DNA from: an uncultured virus (IMG/VR IMGVR_UViG_3300031993_000020)
Taxonomy: Duplodnaviria > Heunggongvirae > Uroviricota > Caudoviricetes
DNA: 64,000 bases
Direction: 5' to 3' (one strand)
IMG/VR virus record: IMGVR_UViG_3300031993_000020
Shown: positions 38,638 through 48,619 of the stretch, piece by piece
Position numbering within the stretch: position 1 is the stretch's first letter
Layout: every line of letters begins with the position of its first letter
The notes under the pieces: model-generated
What the model saw: the letters and a program-made list of their open reading frames with translations, nothing else
The model's database searches: none
What the model was told of the DNA's origin: nothing
Translations under genes and position numbers: made by a program

Positions 38638-40875
38638 TTAACTGCCTGGTAGAGCGGGTGCAGTATCCGCACTAGACCGTCCAATAACATTGCCATCCTG
38701 AGGAGGTACACTGGCTGGGTCACCTTTATAATTATTAGCCAATGCTTCTGCGGGTACCTTTGTTGCAGCTTCACTCTTATTCATACTTGTGGCTGTTTCT
38801 TCGGAAAGTGTTCTGGTCTGACCGATGGTGGTCTTATTATTCCGAAGCTCATTCTCGATAGAAGTCTCTTCGGCTTTATAATTATCTGTTTTGACTTGTC
38901 CGATGACTGTCCACTGAATATCATATGTCTGATAGGTATAACTGTTTTCTGGTGTAACAGTTACATTAAACGTTGGGACTACCATATAAATCGCATGTCT
39001 AAATTCAGGTTCAAAATCCCGCATGTACATCAATTCGAGATAATAATAACTCTCGTAGGGAGATCTATGCACCATGTCCGTCGTGAATGTTAACCAATAA
39101 GAGGTATTCATCGACGGTATTTCTTGTTTTTCGCGATAATAATAATAGCGGTAGTATCTAGCCATCCACTTGTAGAAATCGTAATTATCGGTCTCGTGGG
39201 CTGTCATAGTGAATTTGTCAGGGCAGCTTGCGAGTTTTCTATGAGTTCTAAAGGTACTGAAGCGTCCCTGGTTAATACCAGCTTCGTTTGAATATGATCT
39301 AGACTCGCTATCCCAGCCGAGAAGATTCAGGGCTTCATTTTTACTTAAATCGCAGATACGACTTAAATCTTTGATTTCGTTTTTATCTGTATAAGAGAAT
39401 TCAGGGAGACCGTAATTAATCTTAGTTTTTTCGTCGATCTGTTTCAAGCGTTCTGGTGTATGAATTAGAAAATCTATCTGTGCCGTCTTACCAGCAGCGA
39501 AATCTAAATTCGTAAAAATACCTTTAAAATAGTCATTAGAGACGGATGACATCAATGGATACGAAAACTCATAGAATGTATAAGCGTCATATAGAGACGG
39601 ATTATCCATGATGTTGTCACCGAGAGCGGCTTCCTGCCGTTTTTCTCTCAGAACAGCACCCGTAAAATCAGATCCCTGCTGTCTTAATCCATAATGATAT
39701 GTCCCCAGATTGGCATTCTTGTTGTAAGAGTCTTTGACTCCCACACTGCTTCGTCTACCATTCTCACAGTCGTTACTGAGAAGAATACGGTTTTTCTTGA
39801 AGTCATCTGCGGCAGTAGCCCTCTTACCTTGATTCCATGAGGCATTTGTTAAGTCTCCGACTTTAGACCTCGCATAATTAATCAGCGTTTTATTATAGCC
39901 GATATTGAAATTCTCTGCAAAGCTCACAGCAGAATTAGCTGCTGAGCTCAAAGAAGACCCAAGAGAAGCATCACTCGGATTTCCGGAGGGAATCATATCT
40001 CTAACGATTCCTGCTTTGTTCCATACCCAAGAGATTCCCGGAGGCAGAATATAAGCGTAGCTAGGACACGTCCAGTTAAGCCAGGACATAGCTGTTGCTG
40101 CTTTGCCGCCCATACCACCTATAGCAGAGAGACCTCTTGTAAGGAGCTTCTGTGCTCCGCCAACTACCTCTCCTAATCCAGATCCTTGCTCTTCAGCAAT
40201 CATTAACGGATTCGGAGCAAAGCCTACCATTTTTACATTCGTATTAATATGAACGCGCTTGCGGTATATAGCAGAGTTTTCGTCTCTGCGTTCCTCTTTG
40301 TGTGACTCAAAATTCTTTTTAAGTAAAGAAGCCGAATCCTGCACATTAGAAGCGTATTTGCTCCAGATCTTCTTCTGATCTGTACTATATTTATCTGAAG
40401 AAGCTGCCTGTTTCTGTTCTGGATCTATAGTCGGGGCATATCCGGTAAACATAGGAGAATCAGAACCGGTAGCATTATTTGGAACATCGGAATCCTGGGC
40501 GTTTTTCTCTACACCTTTACCACGGAAGCTATCTTTTGCCGCATAATCCTGCTGTGCATCATTAACAATAGCAGGAGAATACCCAAAACCCTTCTTGTTA
40601 TTCGTGTTCTGAATATTAGTTACAGACTGATTTTCTTCCGCATAATCTGTTGTATAGTTATAGCTTTCTTTAGGATTATCTGTTAAAGCCGGAGAGTAAC
40701 CATCAAAGAGATTCACCTGTTCGTTCTGTACTGGCTGTTCAGTATCAGAAGCCAGCGGGTTAGACTCCTTGATGTACTCTCCGTACTGCGAACCGATCTC
40801 CGGCTCGCTTAACTTTGGATTCAATCTACCAGAAATAGGAGTATTAGAAGATTGAATCATTTCAAGTAAATCCAT
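38638..40875 (-). CDS. Hypothetical tail-associated protein (745 aa)
   Basis: Long ORF right after the tube gene, with internal GYSPA/GYAP repeats. Confidence 0.6.
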   Translation of the reverse strand: MDLLEMIQSSNTPISGRLNPKLSEPEIGSQYGEYIKESNPLASDTEQPVQNEQVNLFDGYSPALTDNPKESYNYTTDYAEENQSVTNIQNTNNKKGFGYSPAIVNDAQQDYAAKDSFRGKGVEKNAQDSDVPNNATGSDSPMFTGYAPTIDPEQKQAASSDKYSTDQKKIWSKYASNVQDSASLLKKNFESHKEERRDENSAIYRKRVHINTNVKMVGFAPNPLMIAEEQGSGLGEVVGGAQKLLTRGLSAIGGMGGKAATAMSWLNWTCPSYAYILPPGISWVWNKAGIVRDMIPSGNPSDASLGSSLSSAANSAVSFAENFNIGYNKTLINYARSKVGDLTNASWNQGKRATAADDFKKNRILLSNDCENGRRSSVGVKDSYNKNANLGTYHYGLRQQGSDFTGAVLREKRQEAALGDNIMDNPSLYDAYTFYEFSYPLMSSVSNDYFKGIFTNLDFAAGKTAQIDFLIHTPERLKQIDEKTKINYGLPEFSYTDKNEIKDLSRICDLSKNEALNLLGWDSESRSYSNEAGINQGRFSTFRTHRKLASCPDKFTMTAHETDNYDFYKWMARYYRYYYYREKQEIPSMNTSYWLTFTTDMVHRSPYESYYYLELMYMRDFEPEFRHAIYMVVPTFNVTVTPENSYTYQTYDIQWTVIGQVKTDNYKAEETSIENELRNNKTTIGQTRTLSEETATSMNKSEAATKVPAEALANNYKGDPASVPPQDGNVIGRSSADTAPALPGS

Positions 40876-40894
40876 TTAATACTCCCATCAATTT

Positions 40895-41491
40895 TTAGAT
40901 CGCAGTTAAGTTTTCAAATTTCGGAGGCATCAGAATGCCTTTGAATGTAATCTGGGAATCTTCCCCGAGTGGAATTTTCTCACCACTCATCTGGTCATCA
41001 GTCTGATACCCATCAATAATGCAATGTTCCTGTACCCAAGAACGTACGGGTTGATTCAGAGAATTCAGACGATAGTATTTGTTGCGACTCCGAAGATCCC
41101 GAGCGCGGTAGCTTTTCTGTGTATAAGGGTCGCAGCATTTAAAGGACCAGTCCGTAAGCCAAACGTAAACAGTCTGGTCTTCAAAATCAGCAAGAGTGAC
41201 TTGAACATTAACATTTTTTAGAGTAATCTGACCGGGCTGTGCAGGAAGAGCAAAGCCACGAATTGTTTGATCACCAGCAATAGAATTGTGTTGAAAATTA
41301 TCACTGGTGCCGACACCGGTGATACTTTTCACGCGGCGTTTAATAAAGTCCATACCGGGGAAATAAACAGCAGCCGGAGGTTCCAGAATTTCCCAGTCCC
41401 ATTTATCCGACGTTAACAGTTCCACGGTGCCATCAATCATATTAGCGTAATTAAGATAGTTTAACATATCGTTTTCTTCTAAATTAGCCAT
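40895..41491 (-). CDS. Tail tube protein (gp19-like)
   Basis: 198 aa; PGQITL...VQVTLADFEDQTVYVWLTDW...YRLNSLNQPVRSW pattern; downstream of the sheath. Confidence 0.7.
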   Translation of the reverse strand: MANLEENDMLNYLNYANMIDGTVELLTSDKWDWEILEPPAAVYFPGMDFIKRRVKSITGVGTSDNFQHNSIAGDQTIRGFALPAQPGQITLKNVNVQVTLADFEDQTVYVWLTDWSFKCCDPYTQKSYRARDLRSRNKYYRLNSLNQPVRSWVQEHCIIDGYQTDDQMSGEKIPLGEDSQITFKGILMPPKFENLTAI

Positions 41492-41506
41492 CTAAAATCT
41501 CCTAAA

Positions 41507-43270
41507 TCATTGGATTTGGTCCGCAGAACCATATAAATCCAACAAAAGATCAATTGTTTTTACTTCGGATAAATCACTTACCGTATATCCGATAGATACT
41601 TGTGCTTTATTTTGAGACCGGTCTTCTCTGTAGGAACGAATAAACAATTCTGGGTCATACCCAAAACGTCTACTGAAATAATACGTTAACGTCTCAATTA
41701 AATCATAAAAATACATCATATTCTTCGTCGAATCAGAAGAATTTGTCTGACTGTTTACGCATGAAATTACTAGCATATCGTAAACGTAATATAGCTTATT
41801 CTTCAATAGTGTCTTGATTCTCTGAAAATTGATGTATTCAAATCCTACTCTCGGTTTATTAACGAAATATGGCAGATTGTCATAATCTGGATCCTGCTCA
41901 GTTTGTACAATATCATTCAAACTGACATTCTTACTCCCCGCTACTAACATTTTCAGTATCAGCATCTTCGTATTTAATCTATCAGTTCTATAAAGATACT
42001 GTGAATTATCAAAATAGCAAGTCAGATTATTATCCTGTAATCCTATATAATTACAGAATTTTATACACATATTGTTAATATTATAGAAAGTGTTATTCAT
42101 TCTCTGCTGAATCTTTAAAGCGTCTTCTTTGTTCAGCCCGAGATCTGGCTCTAATACTATATTAGCGTTAAAATCGTATTCTTCGTCTACATATTCCTTG
42201 AGAAAATCAAAAGCCGTCAGATAATCATCTAGTGTGATTTTCTTCTGGTCGTGTAACTGCCTTAGCTTAAATGTTCCTATAGGAAACTCATCAGTATACG
42301 GTTCTACGCGAATATATCGAGATTTGTAATTAATCAATGAGTATAGCTGTGATAGCGAAACGTCTGAAAAATTCTCCGTTACCGCTATCGTATTACCATT
42401 CTGGTATTTATATACAGCAGCATAATAAGTCTGCGATTGATAAGAAAACTCTACGGCTAAATCCTCTAGGTCAGAATTATATTTACTGTAAATATTCAGT
42501 ATCTTCTCTTTGTACTGAACATTATTACAATACTGAGCTAAGAACACCTCATCGTACTGCATAGGTATTCTTCGAGGATCACTTTCAAGCCCCGGCTCTT
42601 CTTCCGGAACTACAAATTCGTAGGGATACATAATGTGCATATAGCCATCAGATGTATATGCACAAACATAAGACTCCTCTTGAGATAGAATTCTCATCAG
42701 AGTCTGTACCGAAGCCTCTGGATTATTCTCATCGTACACAAATTCTTTGTCTGCACCATAAGCGTAATTTATAGAAGAGATTAACGGCTGTCCGTTTGCC
42801 TTTGTTCCTACATAACAATTGGCTGCTTTGCCGTTAATTAAATGCTCAAACAAAGCATAGCGACCTGATGTCAAATCAGATACCTTAAATTTGATAGCAA
42901 GGTGTTTGTCGCTATGCAGTGTAGTATTGATTGGCTGTACGTCCAATTCTAAATCAAACCAGGAACCCTTATAGTTCCCTTCGCTATCCTTGTACACACG
43001 TACAGTCTCAGGATATTCACATTTTCTTACGTTATAAGCAAGAACATTATAGCCGTAGCTTAGTACCTGCTGAGCTTGAGCTAAACTCTCTGAATAATCA
43101 ATGTACCTGTCATTGAAATAATACTCAAAGAGACTTCTGCTCGGCAGATACTGAAGCGTGCTTTTAGAAAAATTGGATTTGGAGTCGACAAGTGTCAGCA
43201 CCGTTAACATGTTTGGATCCGAAGTAATAACTACCGGATGTAAATTCACTTTTGTATTTACTGTGTACAT
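41507..43270 (-). CDS. Possible divergent second sheath-like protein
   Basis: SRSLFEYYF...AQQVLSYGYNVLAYNV resembles the sheath N-term SQKEFLDKY...AYVTLANNPVYLMR. C-term NKAQVSIGY resembles NKLVISLY. Confidence 0.4.
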   Translation of the reverse strand: MYTVNTKVNLHPVVITSDPNMLTVLTLVDSKSNFSKSTLQYLPSRSLFEYYFNDRYIDYSESLAQAQQVLSYGYNVLAYNVRKCEYPETVRVYKDSEGNYKGSWFDLELDVQPINTTLHSDKHLAIKFKVSDLTSGRYALFEHLINGKAANCYVGTKANGQPLISSINYAYGADKEFVYDENNPEASVQTLMRILSQEESYVCAYTSDGYMHIMYPYEFVVPEEEPGLESDPRRIPMQYDEVFLAQYCNNVQYKEKILNIYSKYNSDLEDLAVEFSYQSQTYYAAVYKYQNGNTIAVTENFSDVSLSQLYSLINYKSRYIRVEPYTDEFPIGTFKLRQLHDQKKITLDDYLTAFDFLKEYVDEEYDFNANIVLEPDLGLNKEDALKIQQRMNNTFYNINNMCIKFCNYIGLQDNNLTCYFDNSQYLYRTDRLNTKMLILKMLVAGSKNVSLNDIVQTEQDPDYDNLPYFVNKPRVGFEYINFQRIKTLLKNKLYYVYDMLVISCVNSQTNSSDSTKNMMYFYDLIETLTYYFSRRFGYDPELFIRSYREDRSQNKAQVSIGYTVSDLSEVKTIDLLLDLYGSADQIQ

Positions 43271-43300
43271 GCCTACTCCAAATAAAGATTACGAACCGAT

Positions 43301-44826
43301 AAGGCTCTGTTTGAAAATCTGATTGATAGTCAAACTTCATACTCTTTCGAGTAATAGCTAGAACCCTTAGCTTCTACTCGGTTAGACTTTTTAAAGTTAT
43401 ACCCAAGTTTCTTCGGTTGAATTACTTCAATATTTTCCCTGTATTTGATAGGGATATCGAGTTCAGAGTTAAATTTCTTCATGATCTGATAACTTCCATT
43501 TACATCTGCATTGATCGAGATACCTTGATTACTCAAAAAGAGACCTCTATACTTACGTCTCTTTTTGTTATAGTTCTCTTTTATTGGTAGTTCTTGATCT
43601 AAATACGATGTACCGGAAGTATAACTTTCTTCTACCTCAACTACACTGATTCCTAGCAACTCTGCTTTATAAGAGATCATATGTACCAGTCTATTAAAGG
43701 GAATTTCTACAAAATTTTGATTATTCTTAGAACCAAGATTACATTCTTGTTTCCAACCTACATTCTTCCCTATGATAATAGTACATATACTGTTCTCTTT
43801 AGCTTTATTGACTAAAAATCTTGATGCTTGATGAAGATAGTTATGAGTCAGATTGTTTCTCTTGAAAGTTGTCCTCAATATTCGATTTGTTGTGTCTCTC
43901 TTATTGAATGTTTTTGCAAGAGAAGCCAAATCTGAAATCCTTTTGTTGTAGTATTGGTTGATTGATTTTAAAGGTCTTCCATTAATAATAAAAGGTGATA
44001 GCTCAGTATTTGATGTTACGGTAGCGAGGTTATTGATTCCTAAGTCTATAGAGTAGTATCTTCCATTATCTTTGAATTTTGGTAAAGTATCTTTCTGATA
44101 GTTGCATCTTATCATAACACCTTCAGAACAAACTTTGAGAGATACTGACGTGATCTTATGCTTTACTCGAAGCTTAATGTCTTTGAACTTTGCAAGAGTA
44201 ACAACATCTTCGTTTTGATGGAAGGAGTCTCCAACAAAAGAAATCCAATTCCTACCCTTCTCTTTGTCTAAATATCTAGGAGTTCTTGGTTTACCTTCGA
44301 ATAATTGAGGCTCTTCTTGAAAAAGTTTAAGAGCCTCAAAGTAAGAATTCCAATTGCTACAGATTTGCTTTAAGCATTGTTGACCTACTACTGTACCTAC
44401 TATTTTAAACTCATCTGTATACTTCATATACCAAGCTAAGAAGTTATAGTTTATAACCGGATTCTTCTCTGAAGATAGCAAAGACATCTTATGATTTGGT
44501 TTTTGATTGTATTCTTCGATGGCTTTGTTGGTATCTTCAAAAAGCTTTTGTTGAAACTCATCTAAAGACTTATCTTTCTCAAGATTATACTTTATTTGAG
44601 AACATTGTCTAATAAAATACTGAGTAGCATTGTAAAGATTTTTACTTTTATACCAGTAATCATCAACAGACTTCCATAGAGAGGAAGTCTTTGATGTTTT
44701 CTTGATAAAGTGTTCTTCAACAAGATTCATCAAAGACCTCCTTTCTATAGAATATTATTCTAGATTATCTGTTTTTTTGTCAAGCGTTTGTTAAAAAAAA
44801 ACAATCATTATTTCAAACAGAGCCTT
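43301..44826 (-). mobile_element. Solo tnpB element bounded by terminal inverted repeats
   Basis: AAGGCTCTGTTTGAAA-ATC-TGATTG (43301-43325) versus the reverse complement of 44802-44826, AAGGCTCTGTTTGAAA-TAA-TGATTG: 16 bp perfect, 22/25 overall. No transposase inside. Confidence 0.7.
43330..44733 (-). CDS. tnpB: IS200/IS605-family RNA-guided nuclease TnpB (467 aa)
   Basis: SKNLYN, RuvC-I SIDLGINNL, NGRPLKSINQYYNK, IIIGKNVGWKQ, YKAELLGI, EESYTS, RuvC-III INADVNGSYQI. AGGAGG RBS. Confidence 0.93.
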   Translation of the reverse strand: MMNLVEEHFIKKTSKTSSLWKSVDDYWYKSKNLYNATQYFIRQCSQIKYNLEKDKSLDEFQQKLFEDTNKAIEEYNQKPNHKMSLLSSEKNPVINYNFLAWYMKYTDEFKIVGTVVGQQCLKQICSNWNSYFEALKLFQEEPQLFEGKPRTPRYLDKEKGRNWISFVGDSFHQNEDVVTLAKFKDIKLRVKHKITSVSLKVCSEGVMIRCNYQKDTLPKFKDNGRYYSIDLGINNLATVTSNTELSPFIINGRPLKSINQYYNKRISDLASLAKTFNKRDTTNRILRTTFKRNNLTHNYLHQASRFLVNKAKENSICTIIIGKNVGWKQECNLGSKNNQNFVEIPFNRLVHMISYKAELLGISVVEVEESYTSGTSYLDQELPIKENYNKKRRKYRGLFLSNQGISINADVNGSYQIMKKFNSELDIPIKYRENIEVIQPKKLGYNFKKSNRVEAKGSSYYSKEYEV

Positions 44827-47800
44827 CAGTAATCTGGTCCAAAGAAACAATATAATGATCAATCAGAATATAATGAATACTCGGTGTAAAGCTCGCATAC
44901 AGAGAAATTACGAGTTTGTTCTGCTCGATAACAGAAGTAGGATTATTAGAATCGTCACAAACAGCCATATACTGAGCAGGAGTATAAGCTTTACCGTTAA
45001 ATAACCGATCCTGAATCGCTTTATTCACATTCTCCTGTACTTTATCACGTAATCTCTTAGTATTTAACTCATGCAGATAATTAACAGCTAATGTCTGTAC
45101 CACGTGAATTGCAGCATTCGTCATACGAACATTCTGCTCTTCAAGCATATAGCTCTTAGCATTCTGTAACGTATAATTCTGGTTCACATAATACGGAGTA
45201 GTGATCCCGCCTTTCAGAGTACAAACACGATAGTCAAGCAGAGTCTCTCGAGCCTGTTTCTTCCAATTCTGAATCAGATTAACAGTACCAACTGTACCAT
45301 GATTCAAACCAGCAATAGGAGCAAATTCCGCAGAACCGCTTCGTGAGGCTTCAACCATCTTATTGATACATTTGTAGCTGCCGGGCATTTCTGCAGAGAA
45401 CGTACCAACAGGGATACGATCAGCAATAGCCCAAGCACGAGCTTCAAAATTATCAATTTCAGTAGCAGAGATATAATTGATAACGTCTTTGTAATTCGTA
45501 TAAGCAGGAATACTAACCGGATAAACTGCCCACAGCTTCTTAGTCAAAGCGTTAATCGCTTTAGCTAAGTTCGGAGAACAGATACCAGCGTCTGAAATAA
45601 TCTCGTATTGAATGCCATCTTCATAATCAGTAATTTTCTGAATAGCGTCGATAGCAAACTGATCGTCATACGCAGGAATAGATAACGCTTTACCAAAAGC
45701 AGGACTATTAAAGCTAGCCATCGGTTCAGCTTCAGTATTCAAAGGTACGACTTGGAAATAATCGCTCTGAACTCGAGTATACCACTGATCAATACCATAG
45801 CCATCAGTTACACCAGGAACAAACGACATTGTCCAATCTTCAGTAATAATACCGGACTTATAATTAAAGTGTAAGTCAACGATCTTAGTATCACTGTCAT
45901 AGGTGTAATTAAACCGCATTAAAGCAGTGCTACACGGGAATTTAGAAACGATAGCGAAAGTATCCGAAGGATTCTGTGTCACTACAGACGTATAAATATC
46001 CATGTGACAATTTGAGCTGCATTCACCAGCATGAACATCCAAAGAAGAATCCGTGCTAATGAATTGCCCATTATACAGATATACATCAGACATCAACAGC
46101 GCTTTTTGTAACAAGGCTAAGAATTCAGTCTCATCACAGGGACCATCAGAGAGTTTCGCAATTTTCGGAGCGATTGGAGCTTCACCAACATAGTAAAGTG
46201 TATCACCGACAGTAACCTGAATCTTATCAAATTTAACTTTCTCGTCATTGTTCTCAGCACTGATAGAATAGTAATAAGTAGGCACACCGTTACCGACATC
46301 AGCGTCAGCAATAAGCGAAATAGCCGGAGAATCTGTATTCACATCGGCGGTACTGTAAGAAGGAACAAAGAGGTCCAGACTACCATTAAAGGCAACATCA
46401 TAGACGCCGCTCGGGACATTAGTACCGGGGATCTGCTCTTCACCGCCAATATAGGCTGCACCATCTGAATTGAGAATATCTGACAAACAAGAAGTTACAA
46501 ATTCTACGGAAGTACCGCAGGACTTAACAACGGTTTTGAGATTATCATCATAGCCGAGAGCAGACAGATAGTTCACATTCTTAGCCAGATACTCATCAGA
46601 GTTAAGAAAATGGAACGTATGACCAGCAATATCAGCAGTCATGTCAATAATAGGAGTGTCAAACCCAACAAAAGTACCAGTGCCTTCTTCTGTACTCCAA
46701 CTAACTACATGATTAAAATTAGACGGAACAGCGCTTTCTTTGATTGTAGAGGTAACAGGAGCAATAAATACTTTAACAACCCCGTCTTCCTCGGTAAATT
46801 CAATAGCGGTTTTTCCGAGATGAGATACAACATAACCTTCAGTTGTTTCAACAATACTATCATTATAGTCGTCAGGCACACCGTTAGAAATATACTGATT
46901 ACTATTGCTAAGGTCGAAGTATTTGATAACTCCGCCCGGATATTTAGCGATCATCTTCGGACCATAAATATCGCCGCTGTCGTAATTATGAGAGAACCGA
47001 ACTTCGTATTCGTCTAGTTCATCAGCATCAGGATAATTACTGCCGTCAATATGGTTACCATCACCAGAATAATTAGCGACGGTAAAGATGTTCTGTTTAG
47101 CTAACGCAGAATCGATCCTATTCACTAAATGTTCAATATCCTCTCTGTCGATATAGCCGTCGTGATGATAGCGAAGAATATCATAACTGATATCGTTTTC
47201 ACCAATAGCAAAATAGTAATAAGCGTTTTTATCTAGAATAATATCGCCGACTTTAATATCTGAGATGTACGTACAGAGGATATTTTTGTTGTAATTCTGA
47301 TCTTCTAAACCGCCATTATTCATTACGCTCGCATCGAGTTTACCGCGAATACGGGAATTAGTTAAAACGCCCAGCGTACCTTTTTCGATTGGCACATTGG
47401 CATAGATCTTAATCCAGTCTTCTTCGGTAAAGTAACCGAGCTGTGCGTCAGTGTCCCCATCGCGAGTAGCCCCACCTTTACGAAGATTGACAGGAGCAAC
47501 AGATTTGACAAGCGGATTTGATGGCCCATTCTCCTGAAAATTCCATTGACCGTCATAAAACCATGATTTACTATAGAACTCTACACCACGACATTTACAG
47601 GTCGCACCCCAAATACGCGGGAAATTGTACTGTTCATTGCTGCTGTGGAGAGCCTTTGGCTGTTCCCATTCGGTAAGAGGTTCTCCAACGGTTCCCCAGT
47701 GGTTAGGATTATTATGAAAATTAATCTTAATACCAGACCCATCTTCAGACATAATGTCCACGCCCTTGAGAGAACTCAGACAGTTCTCTTTACCAAGAAC

Positions 47801-48607
47801 GCAGAGACCTTCCCAGACGGGATTCATCGGCTCGAAGTAAATAGGCGTATTGTTCGCAGTATTGCTCGGAACGTTAGCCGGAGTATTCAGAAATTCATAT
47901 GTGTTACCATTAATAGCAACTGAATCTTTAACTTTAAGACTCGCTTCGCCATCGTTGACATTTCTGAAGGACATCGTGGAGAAGGAGTTCATCTTCACTG
48001 ATTCGTCGAATTTACCAGTATTCGTAGCTGTCAACGGTACACGAGAGATAATCTGAGTATCAGAAGTCGACAGAATACCTGCTTCATTGCCGGTAGGACC
48101 ATTGCTGTCAGCTTTCTTAATCATAATATCATCGACGAGTTCAGAGAAAGAAGCTTCATGCTCTTCTCCTGGATCCTCGCTATTTACGTCACTCCAGGTA
48201 TTGCTTCCTGAAGTAATAGAATACCCAGAGCTATTATCAAGACTCAAATCGATCTTGAAATTCATATAATCGCGGATAATCTGATAATCAGCATCAAACA
48301 ACCAAGTGGTACCTTCGGAAGTCATACCTTCATGTAAAGCAGAAGGACAGGCTCTCATTAAGTACACTGGATTATTTGCTAACGTCACATACGCGAACTG
48401 AGCAGATATATGATCATTCGGCATAATCTTGCTGCTGGTCATATATTTGTCTAAGAATTCTTTTTGACTCGATACTCTAGTTTTCTCAATAGGACCTGCA
48501 GGAGTGTAAACCGGCATTACGATATTGTAGCCAGTATCCGCAGGAACCGGTAATAAACCACCACTTAAATCATAAACGTTAGATTCAACAAAAGGCTCCA
48601 AAGCCAT
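44813..48607 (-). CDS. Contractile tail sheath protein (1264 aa)
   Basis: N-term AGPIEKTRVSSQKEFLDKY. C-term APIAGLNHG...QNVRM...YLHELNT...VCDDSNNPTSVIEQNKLVISLYASFTPSIHYI, typical of the sheath C-domain. Confidence 0.9.
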   Translation of the reverse strand: MALEPFVESNVYDLSGGLLPVPADTGYNIVMPVYTPAGPIEKTRVSSQKEFLDKYMTSSKIMPNDHISAQFAYVTLANNPVYLMRACPSALHEGMTSEGTTWLFDADYQIIRDYMNFKIDLSLDNSSGYSITSGSNTWSDVNSEDPGEEHEASFSELVDDIMIKKADSNGPTGNEAGILSTSDTQIISRVPLTATNTGKFDESVKMNSFSTMSFRNVNDGEASLKVKDSVAINGNTYEFLNTPANVPSNTANNTPIYFEPMNPVWEGLCVLGKENCLSSLKGVDIMSEDGSGIKINFHNNPNHWGTVGEPLTEWEQPKALHSSNEQYNFPRIWGATCKCRGVEFYSKSWFYDGQWNFQENGPSNPLVKSVAPVNLRKGGATRDGDTDAQLGYFTEEDWIKIYANVPIEKGTLGVLTNSRIRGKLDASVMNNGGLEDQNYNKNILCTYISDIKVGDIILDKNAYYYFAIGENDISYDILRYHHDGYIDREDIEHLVNRIDSALAKQNIFTVANYSGDGNHIDGSNYPDADELDEYEVRFSHNYDSGDIYGPKMIAKYPGGVIKYFDLSNSNQYISNGVPDDYNDSIVETTEGYVVSHLGKTAIEFTEEDGVVKVFIAPVTSTIKESAVPSNFNHVVSWSTEEGTGTFVGFDTPIIDMTADIAGHTFHFLNSDEYLAKNVNYLSALGYDDNLKTVVKSCGTSVEFVTSCLSDILNSDGAAYIGGEEQIPGTNVPSGVYDVAFNGSLDLFVPSYSTADVNTDSPAISLIADADVGNGVPTYYYSISAENNDEKVKFDKIQVTVGDTLYYVGEAPIAPKIAKLSDGPCDETEFLALLQKALLMSDVYLYNGQFISTDSSLDVHAGECSSNCHMDIYTSVVTQNPSDTFAIVSKFPCSTALMRFNYTYDSDTKIVDLHFNYKSGIITEDWTMSFVPGVTDGYGIDQWYTRVQSDYFQVVPLNTEAEPMASFNSPAFGKALSIPAYDDQFAIDAIQKITDYEDGIQYEIISDAGICSPNLAKAINALTKKLWAVYPVSIPAYTNYKDVINYISATEIDNFEARAWAIADRIPVGTFSAEMPGSYKCINKMVEASRSGSAEFAPIAGLNHGTVGTVNLIQNWKKQARETLLDYRVCTLKGGITTPYYVNQNYTLQNAKSYMLEEQNVRMTNAAIHVVQTLAVNYLHELNTKRLRDKVQENVNKAIQDRLFNGKAYTPAQYMAVCDDSNNPTSVIEQNKLVISLYASFTPSIHYILIDHYIVSLDQITEGSV

Positions 48608-48619
48608 GGCATTAACTCC

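Noticed and set aside
43293..44834. Target-site duplication around the tnpB element
   Set aside because: The flanks (ACCGATAA versus TTCAGTAA) are not direct repeats.
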